A DNA stretch of 64,000 nucleotides from Eledone cirrhosa (Eukaryota), in contig OZ024743.1 in the NCBI GenBank assembly GCA_964016885.1, forward strand, positions 261,764,001 through 261,828,000, read 5' to 3'. Shown here in pieces: positions 54,217 through 64,000 of this stretch. The notes beneath the pieces were generated by a model. That model saw nothing but the letters and a program-made list of their open reading frames with translations. It was not told the origin of the DNA and searched no databases. The position numbers and the translations under genes are program-made. Each line of letters opens with the position of its first letter. Within the stretch, counting starts at the first letter, position 1.

Positions 54217-57200
54217 TCATCATCATCATCATCATCACCGTTTTACGTCCGTTCTTCCACGCTAGCATGGGTTAGACGGGTTGTCCTGTTGTGGGCAGTG
54301 TCTGGTCGGCTGACCATGCCTTGCTCATACAGGAACTGATCTGGCTTGATTTCTACAGCTGGATGCCCTTCCTAACACCAACCTCATTTACAGTGAGTGC
54401 TGGGTGCTTTTTCGTGGCGCCTACACGTCCACTTTACAGTGTGGGCTGGGTGCTTTTTTGCCATGGCACCTCCACGACCACCTTGCGGTGGGGGGAGTGG
54501 GGGCATATTGTTTATATGCTTCAGCATGTACCCATGGGAGGTCGGGTACCCTGTATTACTGCGTGACGCCAGAAGTCACGGTCGTGTGTCATTGTCTTTG
54601 AGAGGTGTAGTTGGGTAAGGTCGGCTTTTATCACCTCATCCCAAGTCATCTTGGGTCTCCCCACTCCGCGGTTTCCATCAACTTCTAGTGCTCTGCACAT
54701 TTTTATGCAGCTGTCATCCTTCATACGCATCACATGTCCATACCAGCGTAACCGCCTCTCCTGCACGCAGCATTTGATTCCTCTTATGCTCAGTCTCTCT
54801 CTCAATTCCTTTATGCTTTGTCGTTCACGTATATTACTGTTACACATCCATCGGAGCATGCAGGCTTCGTTTCTCTCTAATCTACGTAAGTCTTCCACCC
54901 AGGTCTCACTACCATGCAACATCGCTGTTCGGATACACGCATCATACAATCTGCCTTTCATTCTGAGGGAGAAGCCTTTTGCAGCTAGCAGTGGTAGTAG
55001 TTCCCTAAACTTCTTCCATCCCGTTCTTACCCTAATTATTGTACTTTCTGAGCACCCACCTCCGTTGCTAATTCGGTCACCTAGGTAGCAGAAGCTGTCT
55101 ACTGTTTCTACAGGGCCCTCCCAGAGATTGGTGGTACTTGTTTCCTGTGGCTGTTTGCTGCTTGCTGTCTCAGCACAGCTGCTGCATGTGAAGCCTACAT
55201 TCTTAATTAAGCTTCCTGAGATCCCGCTACATCTCTTGTGTACCCATTGTTTGCATTTGGGGCAGAGAATGGAGTTCCTACCTACACCTTTCCTACATAC
55301 TGAGCAAGGCCATTTCCCTGAGGGGATCTGGGTTCTGTTTTCTCGTCTACTTACAAGGACCTTAGTCTTTGTCATGTTGACTTTGAGGCCCTTTCTCTCT
55401 AGTCCCTGCTTCCAGGTTTGGAATTTATTCTCTAGTTCTACCATAGATTCAGCTATGAGTGCGAGGTCATCAGCATACAGGAGTTCCCATGGGCATCTGG
55501 TCTTAAACTCCTCCGTTATTGCCTGCAGGACTATGATGAACAGGAGAGGGCTAAGAACAGAGCCCTGGTGGACCCCAACCTGTACGCTAAATTCCTCGCT
55601 ATACTCATTGCTAATCCTAACTTTGCTGACTGCTCCCCTATACATGGCTTGTACCGCTTTCACAAGCCATTCATCTACTCCTAGTTTTCTAAGAGCCCAC
55701 CAGATTACAGCACGTGGAACTCTGTCAAAGGCTTTCTCAAGGTCGACAAATGCCAAGTAGAGTGGCTTACTTTTAGCTAGGTACTTTTCCTGTAATTGCC
55801 TCACAAGGAAGAGGGCATCAGTGGTGCCTCTCCCTGGTACAAACCCAAATTGCATCTCGTCTATATTCACCCGGTCCCTAATCAGCTGTGCTATAACTCT
55901 TTCTGTTACTTTCATGACCTGGTCCATCAACTTTATACCTCTATAGTTTCCTCTATCTAGTGCATCGCCTTTACCTTTGTAGCAGTTGACAATGATGCTA
56001 CTGCACCAATCTTTTGGTATGGCCCCTTCTAGTATTACCTGGTTAACGATACATGTGGTTATAGTGTGACCTACAGACCCAGATGCCTTCAGCATCTCGG
56101 CAGCTATACCCGATGGACCGGTTGCCTTCCCCATCTTCATATCTCTGATTGCCTTACTTACTACGCTGCCGCTGACTTTTACTGCTGGTCCCTCTATAGG
56201 GTCTACATGGGATAGGGTCTCTTCTTCCCATGCATTCTCCTCATTTAGTAATCTATCATAATGACTCTTCCATGCATCTTTCTTCTCAGCACTTGTGAGG
56301 GCAAGCTCACCTTTATCATTCCGGATACACTTCTCTCCAATGACATCACAACTATCTCTGACACACTGCCTCGCAATCTTGAATACCTCCTGTTTCTGGT
56401 CCTCACGTTGTAAAACATGCTTGAATTTTCTATCCTCTGCTTCCCTCCTAGCTAAGTATACTTGTCGCCTAGCTTCCCTCTTGGTCTCTATGTAATGTAC
56501 CCTGCTCCCCCCGTTCTTCCATTCTTTCCATGCCTGTCTCTTGGCCTTGACTGCTTCATCTACCTTATTGTTCCACCACCAAGTCACTCTCCTCCTGCTT
56601 GAGGTCTTACTCCAGCCACAAACCTCATCCGTCGCCTCTAGTAAGTTATTTTTTAGGAACTCCCAGTTCTCTTCTACGTTAAATGTCTCTATCTGTTCTT
56701 CTTTACTGTCGTAGGCGTTGAGTAAAATATCTTTAAATCTGTTACTGGTTGAGGGGACTTTCAGCTTTCAGATCTTTCTTCTCCAGGTTGGCCTCTGTTT
56801 CAGGGCTCGTCTAGTTCTGACCGTGAGGTCGCTGACAACTAAGCTATGTTGGGATGTACATTCCTCACTAGGGAAGGCTTTTGTGTTTACGACCGTCCAT
56901 CTGTCACGTCCTCTGATGAGGATAAAATCTAACTGACTAGAGTGCTCCCCTGATCTATAGGTGATCAGGTGGTTGTCGGGTTTTTTAAAGTTTGTGTTAC
57001 ATATCGACATGTCATTGGCGTCGCAGAATTCTAGAAGTCTGAATCCTTCCTCATTCCTTGTGCCAACTCCATGGCCTCCATGTACTCTATTGAAGCCGTC
57101 GCAGTGTTTACCTACGTGTCCGTTAAAATCTCCTGCAATGATTAGGAAGTCCTTGTCGTCTGTTAGAGCAGTAGTGTGTATTAGGGACTCGTAAAACCTA

Positions 57201-57491
57201 TCCTTAAGTTCGTCTGGCAGCCCCGATTGGGGTGCGTAAGCTGATATTATTGTTGTAATTGTCTTATTCAGGACTAGTCTGAGTTTAATGATTCTTGCAT
57301 TTACCCTGTACACTGAGATTACTTTATCTACCCACTTGTCAGCTAGTAGTATACCTACACCACCCATCCCATCGTCATTTCCCACCCAGAAAAATTTGTA
57401 GCACTGGCTTTTTCCTACAAGGACTCTAGCAGACCCTCCTCTCCATCTAGTCTCTTGCACACAGCATACATCAACTTCCTTTCGCTCTAGC

Positions 57492-57495
<4 letters not shown>
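54213..57495 (-). mobile_element. RTE LINE family A, slightly 5'-truncated, inserted in (TA)n
   Basis: APE plus RT, (CAT)n tail, (TA)n on both sides. Confidence 0.96.
54521..57493 (-). pseudogene. RTE APE-RT polyprotein with one nonsense codon
   Basis: ORFs 56768-57493 and 54521-56587 are in the same frame, separated by TGA (W codon) at 56768-56770. 3-aa deletion in ETW--VED. Confidence 0.93.
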
Positions 57496-57537
<42 letters not shown>

Positions 57538-57677
57538 CTTTGGGAGGGTCATGTTGCCAATAAGAAACACATGCACCAGTTGCTTTCACTCCAATTTATT
57601 ATAAATTAAATTTATAAATTTAAGAATTTATAAATTTCCAGTTGGTTGGTTGGTTCCACAACCGGACGGTTGTTCAT

Positions 57678-57732
57678 ATATTGTCAAAGTTCTTTCGTCA
57701 CACATTCTGTGACCTCTTCAGTATAACAATAT
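57678..57732 (-). ncRNA. Degenerate type I hammerhead ribozyme in a (TA)n-flanked insert (57535-57789)
   Basis: atattgtta-ta-CTGAAGA-g-GTCACA-gaatg-TGTGAC-GAAA-gaactt-tgacaatat. Stems I and II pair; stem III is poor. Confidence 0.55.
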
Positions 57733-58047
57733 CGGTTTCAACACACGTTTTCAGATAAAGAATCTTGCTAAACAAATTCAGAAACGAAATATATATATAT
57801 AATTACTGTTTAATTACGGAAGGAAGAGCATAACCCATTGACCCTTTTCCAGGTATACATGGCTGGTCAGATGGAGGATCCAAAAGCTTGCAACTGAGTG
57901 GACTATGATAGGATAGTATATCCTTATGCCTGCCTTTATACATCTTTAATCCTGTCATGTTTCTTTCATTTTACATCCCCACCACACATTCTATTCTTAT
58001 ATTCTCCCAAATGACTTTATCGTTATCTCATTCTCTTGTTATTACAG

Positions 58048-58125
58048 GATAAACGCTACCATGTTGCTCAAGAACTCTACAGAAATGAACAGGAATACGT
58101 GGATGCTCTCAGAACTTTAAAAGAG
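58048..58125 (+). CDS. Internal exon of a RhoGEF (Dbl-homology domain) gene
   Basis: ttctcttgttattacag|GAT...GAG|gtaaat, 78 bp, phase 0/0. DKRYHVAQELYRNEQEYVDALRTLKE matches the DH conserved region 1 pattern (KRxxVxxELxxTExxYVxxL). Confidence 0.8.
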
Positions 58126-58541
58126 GTAAATATCTCTCCCACTTCATACATTGTTTCCTCTCTCTCTCCGATCTAAGGTGGGTAACCCCCATGATATAGT
58201 GCTATGTCTTATTAACATGATATTTACTTACATTTCATACTGGAGCCATTATCATTTTACATCTATTTACCATGCTGACTTGAGTTTAACAGATCATCAT
58301 CATCTGAGTCTTTTCTTAATCTGAATTCCTACTCTCCTAGACAGATTGGGGTCCTATGCCTTGTTCATACATTCCCTTTTTAGCATAGTTTTACTGACTG
58401 GATGCCCCCTCTAATGTCAACCACTTTGCAGAGTGGCACCATCACGAGAGAGCTTGTCACGCCCTCATTGTGATTAAAGCGCCTTCTCTACCTTATGTTG
58501 TCTCTTTGATCACCAATCAATTTACAGAATGTACCACCCTG

Positions 58542-59468
58542 GAACCAGCAGTACTAGTGTGGATGCCTTGCAGTTTGTTGTGGTACCTGCAACATTATTG
58601 TGGCACCAGCAGCACTATTGTGGTTGCTTTGCAGTTTGTTGTGGAACCAGCAGTAGTATTGTGGTTGCTTTGCAGTTTGTTGTGGCACCAACAGCACTAT
58701 TGTGGTTGCTTTGCAGTTTGTTGTGGCACCAGCAGCACTATTGTGGTTGCTTTGCAGTTTGTTGTGGCACCAACAGCACTATTGTGGTTGCTTTGCAGTT
58801 TGTTGTGGCACCAACAGCACTATTGTGGTTGCTTTGCAGTTTGTTGTGGCACCAGCAGCACTATTGTGGTTGCTTTGCAGTTTGTTGTGGCACCAGCAGC
58901 ACTATTGTGGTTGCTTTGCAGTTTGTTGTGGCACCAACAGCACTATTGTGGTTGCTTTGCAGTTTGTTGTGGCACCAGCAGCACTATTGTGGTTGCTTTG
59001 CAGTTTGTTGTGGCACCAACAGCACTATTGTGGTTGCTTTGCAGTTTGTTGTGGCACCAGCAGCACTATTGTGGTTGCTTTGCAGTTTGTTGTGGCACCA
59101 GCAGCACTATTGTGGTTGCTTTGCAGTTTGTTGTGGCACCAACAGCACTATTGTGGTTGCTTTGCAGTTTGTTGTGGCACCAGCAGTAGTATTGTGGTTG
59201 CTTTGCAGTTTGTTGTGGCACCATCAGCACTATTGTGGTTGCTTTGCAGTTTGTTGTGACACCAGCAGTAATATTGTGGTTGCTTTGCAGTTTGTTGTGA
59301 CACCAGCAGTAATATTGTGGTTGCTTTGCAGTTTATTGTGGCACCAGTAGTACTATTGTGGTTGCTTTGCAGTTTGTTGTGGCACCAGCAGTAGTATTGT
59401 GGTTGCTTTGCAGTTTATTGTGGCACCAGTAGTACTATTGTGGTTGCTTTGCAGTTTATTGTGACACC
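58542..59468. repeat. 41-bp minisatellite, ~22 copies
   Basis: Unit gcaccagcagcactattgtggttgctttgcagtttgttgtg. Variants accumulate at both ends. Confidence 0.95.
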
Positions 59469-60076
59469 GCACTAGGGTGGTTGCATTGTGCTCTATCAGA
59501 TGAAACAGTACTCACTACATTATCTTCATGCATTCATGTAAACAAAATAGTGGACAAAAAGAGAGAGCAATGACAGAAGAAGATCTTGGGTGAGTGAATG
59601 AAGAGAGCAAGAATATGGTGGAGAGACTGGGTGATTGGGGGGAGAAGTGGCAGAAAAATGTATCACTGAGGAAAGTGTCCTTTTAGGCACAATAAATTAT
59701 GTACCGCAAACCAATGGAGGTGCCTCTCTGCAGCTGTTGAAACTGATAGAAAAAGCAGCCAAACCTCTCTTAAACCACACTTCTGTTTAAAAAATTAAGG
59801 ATACAATAGATATACTATACAATAGTAACAGCTAGAACTCCTTTGACCACAGGTCTGCTTAATAAGAACTGAATTGGCCTAAACAACAATAATAATGATT
59901 AAGTACCAGTAATATATCGTTACTCTCTTAAATGAACCATATCTACTATTTTTGTGGCTTTGTGCTCATGTATTGTTATTGCTTAGCTCCAGGTCAGCCC
60001 AGATCGTGACCTATGATTAAAGGCATCCCATCACGTACATCAGGAATTAACTAGTTTTCAATGTTTTTCCTTTTAT

Positions 60077-60141
<65 letters not shown>

Positions 60142-60221
60142 GATAAGCAGAACAAGTAAAATTCAATCAATTTTTCAAAATACATTAAAAAATATAATAT
60201 AAATATTTACCTCTTCTAGTG

Positions 60222-60303
60222 GCCCTTACTGATCAGTTTCGCTTTGTAAAACCTCATAAATCCGATGGATTCATGATGGAAAACCAAAGCTCATCAGAGA
60301 AGC
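60222..60303 (-). ncRNA. Type I hammerhead ribozyme (unit 1)
   Basis: Reverse complement of 61806-61887. TCATCAG at 60291-60297. Confidence 0.82.
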
Positions 60304-60697
60304 ATTTTCCCATCCTAGGGCTAAACGTCCCAGGAACGACAAAATATACAACCTCCTGCCAGCTAATAAAGGTCGTAAAAGTGACCCGTATGTAAACTGG
60401 ACCGAAGTAAAAGCGGGAAAATCAAAGACTTGCTGTCTACAATTACTACTAAAGAAATAGCAGCCTAGTAAAGCAACAGATTTGTTCTCAACGGACGGAG
60501 AAAAAGGTATAAGTTAATATGTCCAGGGATACTAGGTACCCCTAGAAATACATAGGTTGTCTATGATTCAGGGTTGTTCAATGGTGTTAATTTGATACAC
60601 CAGAACTTTAATATTAAGATAAGCAGAACAAGTAAAATTCAATCAATTTTTCAAAATACATTAAAAAATATAATATAAATATTTACCTCTTCTAGTG

Positions 60698-60779
60698 GCC
60701 CTTACTGATCAGTTTCGCTTTGTAAAACCTCATAAATCCGATGGATTCATGATGGAAAACCAAAGCTCATCAGAGAAGC
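60698..60779 (-). ncRNA. Type I hammerhead ribozyme (unit 2)
   Basis: TCATCAG at 60767-60773, same sequence as unit 1. Confidence 0.82.
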
Positions 60780-61182
60780 ATTTTCCCATCCTAGGGCTAA
60801 ACGTCCCAGGAACGACAAAATATACAACCTCCTGCCAGCTAATAAAGGTCTGAAAGGTCGTAAAAGTGACCCGTATGTAAACTGGACCGAAGTAAAAGCG
60901 GGAAAATCAAAGACTTGCTGTCTACAATTACTACTAAAGAAATAGCAGCCTAGTAAAGCAACAGATTTGTTCTCAACGGACGGAGAAAAAGGTATAAGTT
61001 AATATGTCCAGGGATACTAGGTACCCCTAGAAATACATAGGTTGTCTATGATTCAGGGTTGTTCAATGGTGTTAATTTGATACACCAGAACTTTAATATT
61101 AAGATAAGCAGAACAAGTAAAATTCAATCAATTTTTCAAAATACATTAAAAAATATAATATAAATATTTACCTCTTCTAGTG

Positions 61183-61265
61183 GCCCTTACTGATCAGTTT
61201 CGCTTTGTAAAACCTCATAAATCCGATGGATTTTATGATGGAAAACCAAAGCTCATCAGAGAAGC
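61183..61265 (-). ncRNA. Type I hammerhead ribozyme (unit 3)
   Basis: TCATCAG at 61253-61259. Small change in distal stem II. Confidence 0.8.
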
Positions 61266-61805
61266 ATTTTCCCATCCTAGGGCTAAACGTCCCAGGAACG
61301 ACAAAATATACAACCTCCTGCCAGCTAATAAAGGTCTGAAAGGTCGTAAAAGTGACCCGTATGTAAACTGGACCGAAGTAAAAGCGGGAAAATCAAAGAC
61401 TTGCTGTCTACAATTACTACTAAAGAAATAGCAGCCTAGTAAAGCAACAGATTTGTTCTCAACGGACGGAGAAAAAGGTATAAGTTAATATGTCCAGGGA
61501 TACTAGGTACCCCTAGAAATACATAGGTTGTCTATGATTCAGGGTTGTTCAATGGTGTTAATTTGATACACCAGAACTTTAATATTAAGATACCTTTTTC
61601 TCCGTCCGTTGAGAACAAATCTGTTGCTTTACTAGGCTGCTATTTCTTTAGTAGTAATTGTAGACAGCAAGTCTTTGATTTTCCCGCTTTTACTTCGGTC
61701 CAGTTTACATACGGGTCACTTTTACGACCTTTCAGACCTTTATTAGCTGGCAGGAGGTTGTATATTTTGTCGTTCCTGGGACGTTTAGCCCTAGGATGGG
61801 AAAAT

Positions 61806-61887
61806 GCTTCTCTGATGAGCTTTGGTTTTCCATCATGAATCCATCGGATTTATGAGGTTTTACAAAGCGAAACTGATCAGTAAGGGC
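61806..61887 (+). ncRNA. Type I hammerhead ribozyme (inverted unit)
   Basis: gcttct-CTGATGA(61812-18)-GCTTTG...tcatgaatcc-atc-ggatttatga...CAAAGC-GAAA(61869-72)-CTGATCAG-TA|agggc. Intact core, palindromic stem III, predicted GUA cleavage after 61882. Confidence 0.85.
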
Positions 61888-62073
61888 CACTAGAAGAGGT
61901 AAATATTTATATTATATTTTTTAATGTATTTTGAAAAATTGATTGAATTTTACTTGTTCTGCTTATCTTAATATTAAAGTTCTGGTGTATCAAATTAACA
62001 CCATTGAACAACCCTGAATCATAGACAACCTATGTATTTCTAGGGGTACCTAGTATCCCTGGACATATTAACT

Positions 62074-62108
<35 letters not shown>

Positions 62109-62110
62109 AC

Positions 62111-62320
62111 ATGAGCCCCAGGTTCACTTGGGGGTAACCACAGTAAGTAAGGTACTCAATACATTAGTAGAGTGTAAAACTCAAATTTAATATAGAAATG
62201 GCTTCTACAGGACTAGAACTGTTTCATTCAAAGGAAGGCATCAGGAAAACCATTTCCTGGTGATTTCCTTTGAATGAAACAGTTCTAGTCCTGTAGAAGC
62301 CATTTCTATATTAAATTTGA
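62111..62320. mobile_element. Hammerhead-type element with 140-bp fold-back
   Basis: Inverted repeat 62181-62320. tttc-CTGGTGA-tttcctttgaat-GAAA-CAG-ttctagtc-CTG-TA|gaag on +; the other arm has core CTGATGC. TT-bulged hairpin at 62154-62173. Confidence 0.7.
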
Positions 62321-62999
62321 TACGCATGTGTGTGTATATGAGAGAGAGAGAGAGAAATTGCATACATAAAAACGAAATATGTGAGACGAATGAACAGAAG
62401 CATCTATCTTTGTCATCATCCACCAATTTTATGCATAAGGGTGGTAATGCTTAATATTGAGCCCAGGTTACATGATAACAACCCCCCAGAAAGATTCATG
62501 AGACAACACAGAAACATACAGTGGATAACAAGGGAGTGTCTGTTGAATAGAAAGAACAGGATACAGCATAGACAAGTGTAAATAGTAATGCTCGAAGGAG
62601 GGAAATATTATGACTTTCATTAAAAAAGAGGAGAGAGTGAATGTGAGATAGAGAGCATACATAAATGCATGTATACATCACGTTCCCCACTATTGACCAC
62701 ATCCCCCACACCAGTATATCCCCTCTCCCCATATACTAATCAGCTACCCCAACCCCTTATTCATTCCTTACCCCCTTATCTATCTCTCCATTTCTCTCCC
62801 ACCCTATTGACCATATCTCCCATACCACTATATTCCCCCATCTCCCCATTACACTAATTGGCCACCACTTACTCATTGCCCTGCCAAATCACCACATACA
62901 CCTATAACTACATACATATCTCCCTCTCCTATTGCTTGCCCTCCCCGTAGCTGAGAGAGCTCTACAGTTGGATCTGTGATCGGCAACCTTTCAAATAAT

Positions 63000-63693
63000 G
63001 GTGCCACGAAAATGCACCCAGAACACTCCGTAAGGGTGGTTGGTGACAGGAAGGGCACCCTACTGTGGAAACCATACCTTAAAGGATTGAGTGGACCCTT
63101 TAGTTGTGTGGAAGACACAGCAATCTCTGTAGTTTTGGTGTCTACACGAGAACCACACAGTACACATTGTAAAGTGGTTGGTGATAGGAAGGGCATTCAG
63201 CCATAGAAAGCTTGCTAAACATAGAACATGATAGCCTCACTAGTGTTGGTGATCTACACAATAATCACCCAGTACATGCTGTAAATGGGTTGGTGATAGG
63301 AGAGACATCTAGCTGTAGAAAGCTTGCCAAACAAAAGGTTGGACAGATCCTTTAGTTGTGTTAAAACCTGACAACCTCCCTAGTGTCGGTGATCTACATG
63401 ATAAAAACATCCAGTACACACTGTGGGGAGGTTGGTGTTGGGTGTGGTAGAGATGTAGAGATCCAGCTGTTGAAAGCTAACTAAAGAATAAGTTGTGAGG
63501 ACTCATCAGTTTGTGTCAAAAGGCATGACAACTTCTCCTCCGCACTTGATAGAACATACAACCGAGCGTAAGCAAGATGTAGACCCCTTGACCTGTATCA
63601 GGACTCAGTAGCTCTGCTTCAGTGCTGACTTGGTCTATATAAACCCATCCAACCCTTGCTAGTAGGGAAAGTGGACATTAAACAATGATGATG
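63000..63693 (+). mobile_element. Non-autonomous element with reiterated RTE-3'UTR-like modules and (GAT)n tail
   Basis: About four diverged copies of cacccagtacactgtaaagtggttggtgataggaagggcatccagctgtagaaa, ending ggacattaaacaatgatgatga. Relatives at 23040-23400, 39410-39960(-) and 49330-49880. Confidence 0.6.
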
Positions 63694-64000
63694 ATACATA
63701 TATAGCACATTTACAAAATGATCAGATAAAAGGAAAAAAAAAATCATTTCATACTCTAAAAAAACAATTATTATGTTTACATACAGACTGAAGTGAAAAA
63801 TACTTGAAGAATGGTATGTTTGACCTGGTTGATTGTTTTCAGTTTCAGTATAATTTGGGGTACAGATGTTCACTCAATTGGGGTGTTTATATTCAAATTA
63901 GATTATCTGGAGATGTAGATATAGTAATTATCTTTCAGAGTAATTACATAACGCATCAGAGAGCAAATGAATTAATTTGATATAATAAAATCTTGCATTG

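Larger units (their letters stand above)
60135..62075. mobile_element. Retrozyme-like array: three tandem ~485-bp units (sense -) joined to one inverted unit (sense +), in (TA)n
   Basis: Units start at 60135, 60611, 61096 and 61582 (lengths 476/485/486). Inverted monomer 61591-62075 is 485 bp. Each unit contains a hammerhead. Confidence 0.9.

Noticed and set aside
58470-59350. Long ORFs of 185-273 aa
   Set aside because: Products of a stop-free 41-bp repeat cycling through frames.
58542-59468. CRISPR-like array
   Set aside because: No unique spacers, and the context is eukaryotic.
61180-61431. 83-aa ORF (and 61545-61838) in the 485-bp array
   Set aside because: The full frame exists only in unit 3 because of a 1-bp indel, it is antisense to the ribozyme, and it has no recognisable domain.

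Overview
AT-rich, microsatellite-dense animal DNA. The SINE/RTE repertoire suggests an octopod cephalopod (inference). The window is mostly intronic or intergenic: the only host coding sequence I can support is one 78-bp exon (58048-58125, +) encoding the start of a RhoGEF (Dbl-homology) domain. The rest is transposable elements: many RTE-clade LINE copies (two main families, three near full-length, with a C4HC3 PHD-like finger inside the RT region), tRNA-derived SINEs, a full-length dead DD34D mariner, MITEs, nested non-autonomous Helitrons, a CRE-like relic and a 41-bp minisatellite. The most striking signal is a set of short non-coding, retrozyme/Penelope-like elements embedded in (TA)n tracts. 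They carry intact or partial type I hammerhead ribozymes and occur as tandem multimers (485-bp and 617-bp units) or head-to-head fold-backs. Despite little primary similarity, they share a covarying hairpin, NNTC-T[stem]A-TT-GANN, about 40-70 nt from their 3' ends. The 485-bp locus is made of near-exact integer numbers of monomers in two different circular permutations, as expected if a circular RNA was reverse-transcribed. All structures were folded by eye; no computation or database search was run.
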